DNA of 61,808 nt, the filler included, from Stramenopiles sp. TOSAG23-2 (taxonomy: Eukaryota): the NCBI GenBank assembly GCA_900128395.1. It is 6 parts of 6 records of this genome, joined end to end, with 100 filler letters (N's around TTAATTAATTAA, not from the genome) between each part and the next. Parts side by side here need not be neighbours in the genome. Positions count along the whole stretch, not along the records: positions 51,665 to 61,808 come from LT650039.1; 5 more parts are not named here. One strand, 5' to 3'. The stretch's first letter is position 1, and the number at the start of each line of letters is the position of its first letter. Under the pieces are notes generated by a model, which ran no database searches, was not told where the DNA came from, and was given only the letters and a program-made list of their open reading frames with translations. The position numbers and the translations under genes were made by a program. Below are positions 55,927-61,808 of the stretch, in pieces.

Positions 55927-58542
55927 ATGTCAAATTATAGACAAACGGATAATAACACATTAGCTATGTTAAATCGTTTATCAAACGTTGGTAACTCTGG
56001 AAATAATAGTAGCAAAGGAAATAAAAATAGTAAACAGAGTTTTGCTGGTTCTGTCCATCGTGTCACTTCTGAAGTGTTGAAAATAGGTCAAAATGGTCAA
56101 TTATATGACGTTTCTGGTAAGAAAAAAAGTGGCTCATCTAGTTTTAGCTCAAGGCAAATGTCTGGCAGTTCGCATGGAAATATATCCCGTTGGAATCCTG
56201 GCGGGACGTTGAAAGCAAGTCGTTTGACCGGTTCATTAGGTATACGATCTATGAACAATGGTTCAGGTGGATCATCAAGAACGGTTACTCCATATATGCT
56301 TTCCGGTGGAGGAGTTAAATCATCATATGATAACATACGTAGGCAACAACACCGTCCACATAGTGCACAACTCATATCTGGTCGAAACAGAGGTGTATCG
56401 CGATCCTATTCTTCTTCTTCTTCTTCGGGTTCAAAAAAAAGACCGTCAAGTAGTTCAAATCATCGTTCCTCCTTACGAAGAAATTTTTCAACTGGACATA
56501 AAAATAATTCAAAAAGTAACAGAAATATTAATAGTAGTTCGTATGATAATAATAATAATAATAATAGTAGTAGTAGAAGAAGTGATTATCGTGTTGTAGG
56601 AAATAGTAATTCATCATCAGATTCTCATAAAGGTATTAATAATGGTAAAGAAACAATATCAACATCGCAACCAATAACTGGGTGGCGACTTCGACAGAAA
56701 CAATTGCAAAATCAAGCACGATCCATCGATGCAGAGGAAGGAAAGAAAAATATGCAAGCTCATCGAAATAATCATCCACCACTACCATCTGGTACTATTA
56801 ACAATAACGGTTCATCCAGTAAACGTAATAATAATTCGGATATGATACCCGCACCATCCATTAAAGAGACAAAGAAAAGTGCATTTATTGATGCATCTGA
56901 TACGTGTGTATTTGCAGTTAGAAATGGTGATGATAGTGGCCAACAAGTTGTTTATCGAACTCCGGAACAAAAACAAAAAAATCCAGAACGTTTAAATTTG
57001 GATCGACGGCAATTGACACGATGTCCAATTTTAGAAAATGAAATAAAATTACGATTATTAAATTATCAAAACAATAAATTAAGTAGTATCGCATGTTTAG
57101 AAGGGTTGCCAAACTTAATTTTTTTGGACTTGTATAATAATAAAATCAATGAAATTCGCAATTTAGATGTCGTTCCAACACTAAGGGTATTGATGCTTGG
57201 AAAAAATAAGATTAAAAATATAGAACATTTAGATAAATTGACGAAATTAGATGTCCTTGATTTGCATAGTAATCAAATATCTACAGTTGAAAATTTGAAT
57301 CATTTAGCAGAATTGCGTGTTTTAAATCTTGCAGGGAATCATTTAAAATCAGTCGAACGTTTGAAAGGGTTACGATCGTTAACGGAATTAAATGTTCGAC
57401 GGAATGAAATTAATGAATGTTTTGAATTAGATCAATTGCCTGCATTGCAACGTGTTTTCCTATCGAACAATCGTGTCTCGCATTTAGAAGCTATTTCATG
57501 CTTGTTTCGCTCCAAAACATTAACTGAACTTGCAATGGATGGAAATCCAGTTGTCAATGTGGATAAATATCGCCCACATTTAATATTACGCATTCGTACA
57601 TTACGGAATTTAGATTTGAAACGTGTGACTGAGGAAGAAAGAAGACGAGTTTCTGAATTGTTCAAAGCAGAGGAAAATAGTCGTGCAGAGGAAAGGCGGC
57701 AACAAAAAGTTGAACAAGAGCGTTTAGATGCTATTAAAAATGTAGAAAAAAAATGGGAAGCAGAAATGGAAACGTTGAATAATAATACAAATAGGGATGA
57801 AAGTACGACTGGGGAATTAAAAAATAATATTAAGAAAGATAGCAGTAGCAGCGATACTAATAAGAAAAGTAAACGTAATAATATATATTCATCTACATCA
57901 GGATATTCAGAAGTAGAAGTGGAAGGTCTTGTCAAGCGACTTTGTATATATGGACCTGGCTTCAGCGTATTGACAAATTCGAAAATACAAGCAGCTGTGG
58001 AAGAAATTAAAATTACCTATGTGAATTTTGATGTAGCATCTGATACGTTTAATAAATTCAATTCATTTAATAAAGTTCGAAAAGTCATATTTAATAATAC
58101 AAATTTAAAAACATTGAAACAAATTGCGAAATTTCGTTTATTGCCAACATCAATAACAGAAATAGACGTAGAAAAAAATCCAATAAATGATTTGATGTTA
58201 TTAAGAGCATTTGTAGCACATCGATTACCACATATTAATTCTATTAATGGAGTAACAATTGCTGATTCTGAACGATACCGTGCAAGTCGTATCTTTTCAA
58301 AAGCATCGCATATTACCCAAAAAACAAAAGAAAATGGCCTTTTTGCAAATATAAATCAAGAACGATATAAACAAGTTAGTGAAAATTATACTACATCTAT
58401 TGTAAATCATGCGGTAAGGATTGAAGAGCGTTTAACACAATTAAATGAGACGTGGCCAGAAATTGTAAATAAAATTGTAAAGGATACTATGATTGGGCTG
58501 GATAGTGTTGCAATGTTTTCATCAATGTCATTTAATAAATGA
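55927..58542 (+). CDS. LRRC49: Leucine-rich repeat-containing protein 49 (tubulin polyglutamylase complex/centriolar)
   Basis: VVYRT.E....NPERLNLDRR.L..CPIL.....LRLLNYQNN, LIFLDLYNN, LRVLMLGKN, LDVLDLHSN and LRVLNLAGN, plus a second C-terminal LRR segment. Confidence 0.87.
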   Translation: MSNYRQTDNNTLAMLNRLSNVGNSGNNSSKGNKNSKQSFAGSVHRVTSEVLKIGQNGQLYDVSGKKKSGSSSFSSRQMSGSSHGNISRWNPGGTLKASRLTGSLGIRSMNNGSGGSSRTVTPYMLSGGGVKSSYDNIRRQQHRPHSAQLISGRNRGVSRSYSSSSSSGSKKRPSSSSNHRSSLRRNFSTGHKNNSKSNRNINSSSYDNNNNNNSSSRRSDYRVVGNSNSSSDSHKGINNGKETISTSQPITGWRLRQKQLQNQARSIDAEEGKKNMQAHRNNHPPLPSGTINNNGSSSKRNNNSDMIPAPSIKETKKSAFIDASDTCVFAVRNGDDSGQQVVYRTPEQKQKNPERLNLDRRQLTRCPILENEIKLRLLNYQNNKLSSIACLEGLPNLIFLDLYNNKINEIRNLDVVPTLRVLMLGKNKIKNIEHLDKLTKLDVLDLHSNQISTVENLNHLAELRVLNLAGNHLKSVERLKGLRSLTELNVRRNEINECFELDQLPALQRVFLSNNRVSHLEAISCLFRSKTLTELAMDGNPVVNVDKYRPHLILRIRTLRNLDLKRVTEEERRRVSELFKAEENSRAEERRQQKVEQERLDAIKNVEKKWEAEMETLNNNTNRDESTTGELKNNIKKDSSSSDTNKKSKRNNIYSSTSGYSEVEVEGLVKRLCIYGPGFSVLTNSKIQAAVEEIKITYVNFDVASDTFNKFNSFNKVRKVIFNNTNLKTLKQIAKFRLLPTSITEIDVEKNPINDLMLLRAFVAHRLPHINSINGVTIADSERYRASRIFSKASHITQKTKENGLFANINQERYKQVSENYTTSIVNHAVRIEERLTQLNETWPEIVNKIVKDTMIGLDSVAMFSSMSFNK

Positions 58543-58904
58543 GATATGTGCGTGAGAAAACATACGAAAAAATCACTTTTTTGTTCTCGTATAAAAATAT
58601 ATTATATATTACGAATCGTATATCATATAATAATATACGAAGTAAATATATATATATGATATGCCCACATGTAGTAGTACTCTATCATAGAAGGTGTGGT
58701 GGTGATTGATATGATAGTAATCATACACTATACATCATTAGAGAGTTTTATTATGATATCATACGAGTACGAATATACGAATATGTAATTTTCGATTTTA
58801 ATTTTGTTTCTACGCGCGTAAGGAAGATGTAGAAAAAATAATATTTTACAAAATATAATAAAAAGAGTTTTTAGATTTTTTTTGACATATCTCATATCAA
58901 TATT

Positions 58905-59196
58905 ATATATATATATTCATTACATCATACTTCGTAATTATATTTATGTACTTGTACTTCGTATTTAATTATGAATACAAATGGGATGCATATCATATTT
59001 GCATATCATATGTGCATAATTACTGATATGCATACTAATAATTATCAAAGATATATATATATTCATTACATCATACTTCGTAATTATATTTATGTACTTG
59101 TACTTCGTATTTAATTATGAATACAAATGGGATGCATATCATATTTGCATATCATATGTGCATAATTACTGATATGCATACTAATAATTATCAAAG
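58905..59196. repeat. Exact 146-bp tandem duplication in a convergent intergenic region
   Basis: 58905-59050 equals 59051-59196. Confidence 0.93.
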
Positions 59197-59209
59197 TATA
59201 CCACAAGTT

Positions 59210-59752
59210 TTAATGCTTCCCTTTCTTTTTTTTGCCTATTACAGGATATGGACTCAATGATACATCATAATCAGATGGTCCAGGCGTTTGTTTACTTCGA
59301 TATATAACCCAATCTAACTCTGATTTCGGATTACCTTCAGCCATTTTAGGTGTAAATGATGCACCTGGAATCATTTTTGGTAAATATGCATTTGGCCCTG
59401 GGGTTTGCTTCGCTCGATAAATAATCCAATCAATTTCTGATTTTGGATCTGCATCTGATATTTTAGTTGTACCACCACCTCCAGTTGATTGTATCTTAGG
59501 CATGTATTGATTAGGCCCTGGCGTTTGTTTTGCTCTATAAATTACCCATTCTATGTAACTTTTTGGGTTTGCAGTGGATATTTTACCACCACCAGGTTTT
59601 AAATATCTACCAGTTGCACCACTTTTAAATTGTGGTTTATTTCTATCTTTCATTATCCTTCTCCTAACACGTTCACGTGCTTCTTTCCGTGCCTTCTTCG
59701 CGCGAGCAACTTTTGCTTTCACGATTTCTGGATCTTCCGCTTCCTCATACAT
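59210..59752 (-). CDS. SHIPPO/ODF3-like PGP-repeat protein (axonemal/ciliary type)
   Basis: Three repeats of KIS.A.PKS.IDW.IYRAKQTPGP..Y. Confidence 0.75.
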   Translation of the reverse strand: MYEEAEDPEIVKAKVARAKKARKEARERVRRRIMKDRNKPQFKSGATGRYLKPGGGKISTANPKSYIEWVIYRAKQTPGPNQYMPKIQSTGGGGTTKISDADPKSEIDWIIYRAKQTPGPNAYLPKMIPGASFTPKMAEGNPKSELDWVIYRSKQTPGPSDYDVSLSPYPVIGKKKKGKH

Positions 59753-59939
59753 GGTCGAATTACGTTATCCTTATCTGTGGTATTATTATATATGTATATA
59801 TATATATATCTTATGTGAATAGATAAAACAAGCGAGCAACTTTTGCTTTCACGATTTCTGGATCTTCCGCTTCCTCATACATGGTCGAATTACGTTATCC
59901 TTATCTGTGGTATTATTATATATGTATATATATATATAT
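59702..59939. repeat. 108-bp exact direct duplication (period 130) covering the start and leader of the PGP-repeat gene
   Basis: 59702-59809 equals 59832-59939. Confidence 0.9.
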
Positions 59940-60672
59940 TCTTTTGTACTATATAGAAGTTCTTTTATAATATATTTATATATAAATACGTGCAAGTTAG
60001 TTAATAGTTTAGTTGCTTTATAGTAGTAATTTTCACAAAAACCAGGCAAACTGGCAAACACACAACGCATAAAAAAAAAAAGCTGTGCAAAAGTCTATAA
60101 TAATACCCTGGCCAGCTGGCCAGAAGCCACACAGCATGGACTAAAATATTATGAATAAATTACAAGGAAACACTATATCATAGCCGCGGGTTATAATAAA
60201 TAGTTGATTGATGATTGATGTTATCATACTTGATAGAATATAAACTATACCGAATATGATAGGAGCCAAAAGTTTTCTGCTCACATTTCAATTTTCAGCA
60301 TTTACATATTTAGCACCACCACCACACCACACACCACCACCACACCACCATAATAATATTTAATTTCAGCAAAACAAAAGAAGTGCAAAAAAAAAAAAGA
60401 CAAGAATCCTGTGTGTTGTTGTTACAGTACACATCAGTGTTGTGTGCTTGTTGTTGAAAAATACAAAAATATAGAAGACGATCACAGCAAAAATATGGAT
60501 AAATCAAAGAAATTCGGTGTGTGTGCCTGTCTGCTTTATATCTTATTGCTATATTTATAATTGAAATTCATCCGCTCTTCTATATTACCATTTAAATTTG
60601 TGTGGTACTTCTTCATTGTTTTGTAAATTTGAGAGAGAGAGAAAAAAAATCATAATAGTTGTGCAGTTCAAG

Positions 60673-61536
60673 ATGATGCTGAAAAATATAATAATGATAA
60701 TATTATTAATAATAGGATGTTGTCATGGAGACAAAGATAATAATATTCAATTTGGATACATTAATTCTAATGTTCCTTCTAAACAAAATGCAGTGGAATA
60801 TCAATTGGTATCAACAACATTTGATAATATACCACGATCAATTGATTATCGTGATAAATATGTTACACCAGTAAAAAATCAAGGAAAGTGTGGCTCATGT
60901 TGGGCTTTTAGTACTATTGAAGAAATTGAATCTCAAGTAGCGTTTAAAACAGGAAAAGTACCACCACCATTATCTGTTGAACAAGTTCTCGTTTGTTGTG
61001 GCGATAATATTACAACATGTGCAGGATGTATGGGAGGAGATACCGTCGTTGCGTATGAATATTTAATGAGTCGATCAAAAGGGCTTGATTTAGATGGTGA
61101 TTATCCATACGATGACCATACAGATCCATTTGATCCACCAAAATGCAAAGCCTCAGAATACAAACCAGTTGTCCAAGTAAAATCATGGTCATATGCTGTA
61201 AAACGTGGAAGTGATACGTGGAATGTTCAAAAAGAACAAAAATTAGCTGCTGTGCTAGTAGAACATGGTCCGATTTCAATTGCAATGGATATGACAATCG
61301 ATATGCTTCATAAATACAACGGTGGTATTTCAACTGGAATGGGATGTAAAAGTGATTCAGCAAGTTTAGATCATGCTGTACAATTAGTAGGTTATGATTT
61401 AGATCAAGGTTATTGGATCGTACGTAATAGTTATGGCCCAACATGGGGTGAAAATGGATACATGCGCTTGACATTTGGTAATAATACATGTGGTATAACA
61501 AATGAAGCAACATTAGTAGAGGTAGAAACATTATAG
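60673..61536 (+). CDS. Papain-family (C1A) cathepsin L-like cysteine protease with a very short propeptide
   Basis: Signal peptide MMLKNIIMIILLIIGCCHG; IPRSIDYR, QGKCGSCWAFS, GCMGG, LDHAVQLVGY, YWIVRNSYG and WGENGY. Confidence 0.92.
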   Translation: MMLKNIIMIILLIIGCCHGDKDNNIQFGYINSNVPSKQNAVEYQLVSTTFDNIPRSIDYRDKYVTPVKNQGKCGSCWAFSTIEEIESQVAFKTGKVPPPLSVEQVLVCCGDNITTCAGCMGGDTVVAYEYLMSRSKGLDLDGDYPYDDHTDPFDPPKCKASEYKPVVQVKSWSYAVKRGSDTWNVQKEQKLAAVLVEHGPISIAMDMTIDMLHKYNGGISTGMGCKSDSASLDHAVQLVGYDLDQGYWIVRNSYGPTWGENGYMRLTFGNNTCGITNEATLVEVETL

Positions 61537-61808
61537 ATTATGGAAATCTTTTATGGTATTTTTGTATATATATATATACGCGTGCGTATATAATATACGA
61601 GTAGGTATCATAGTGAATTCCTTGAAATCGTGTGTGTGGCTTAAAAATATGATACCCTGATGTAATTTTTATTTCTCTTTATAAAAAATAATGTTGTTAT
61701 AAATTTGGTACGCCACGTACGTATATACTTCGTATATAATATATATATATTCGTACTAATTACTTTCTTCGTAAATTTTTTTCTTAATATCACAAACTAT
61801 TATGTACC

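Noticed and set aside
296-61531. Numerous 60-170-aa ORFs antisense to or nested in the long genes
   Set aside because: Shadow frames of real CDSs or low-complexity translations with no independent motifs.

Overview
AT-rich, gene-dense and almost intron-free eukaryotic nuclear DNA in the standard genetic code. It is most likely from a flagellated heterotrophic protist; a marine stramenopile (MAST-like) is my inference from gene content, not a proven assignment. The window is not one locus. It is six contigs of decreasing length (10302, 10276, 10236, 10183, 10167, 10144 bp) joined by artificial 100-nt spacers (N44-TTAATTAATTAA-N44), so adjacency across gaps means nothing. Recognisable genes: ABCC transporter (one 82-nt intron), CCDC22, IMP1, a BRO1-UBA-UBA protein, SMPD4-like, GH67 alpha-glucuronidase, BART-domain protein, Pho88/SND3, two papain-family proteases, Sec24, a sulfatase, PPP1R42, ankyrin protein, GST, JMJD4, LRRC49 and a SHIPPO/ODF3-like protein. 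Most notable: (1) a 1303-aa calponin-homology + SAM + actin-fold fusion protein; (2) a Gly/Ser/Thr-rich repeat protein with phage/virus fibre-like motifs, followed by a decayed related C-terminal module; (3) a ~900-bp non-autonomous TIR element with TA-flanked ends; (4) two fold-back inversions and several exact short duplications that split genes and look like whole-genome-amplification or assembly chimeras.
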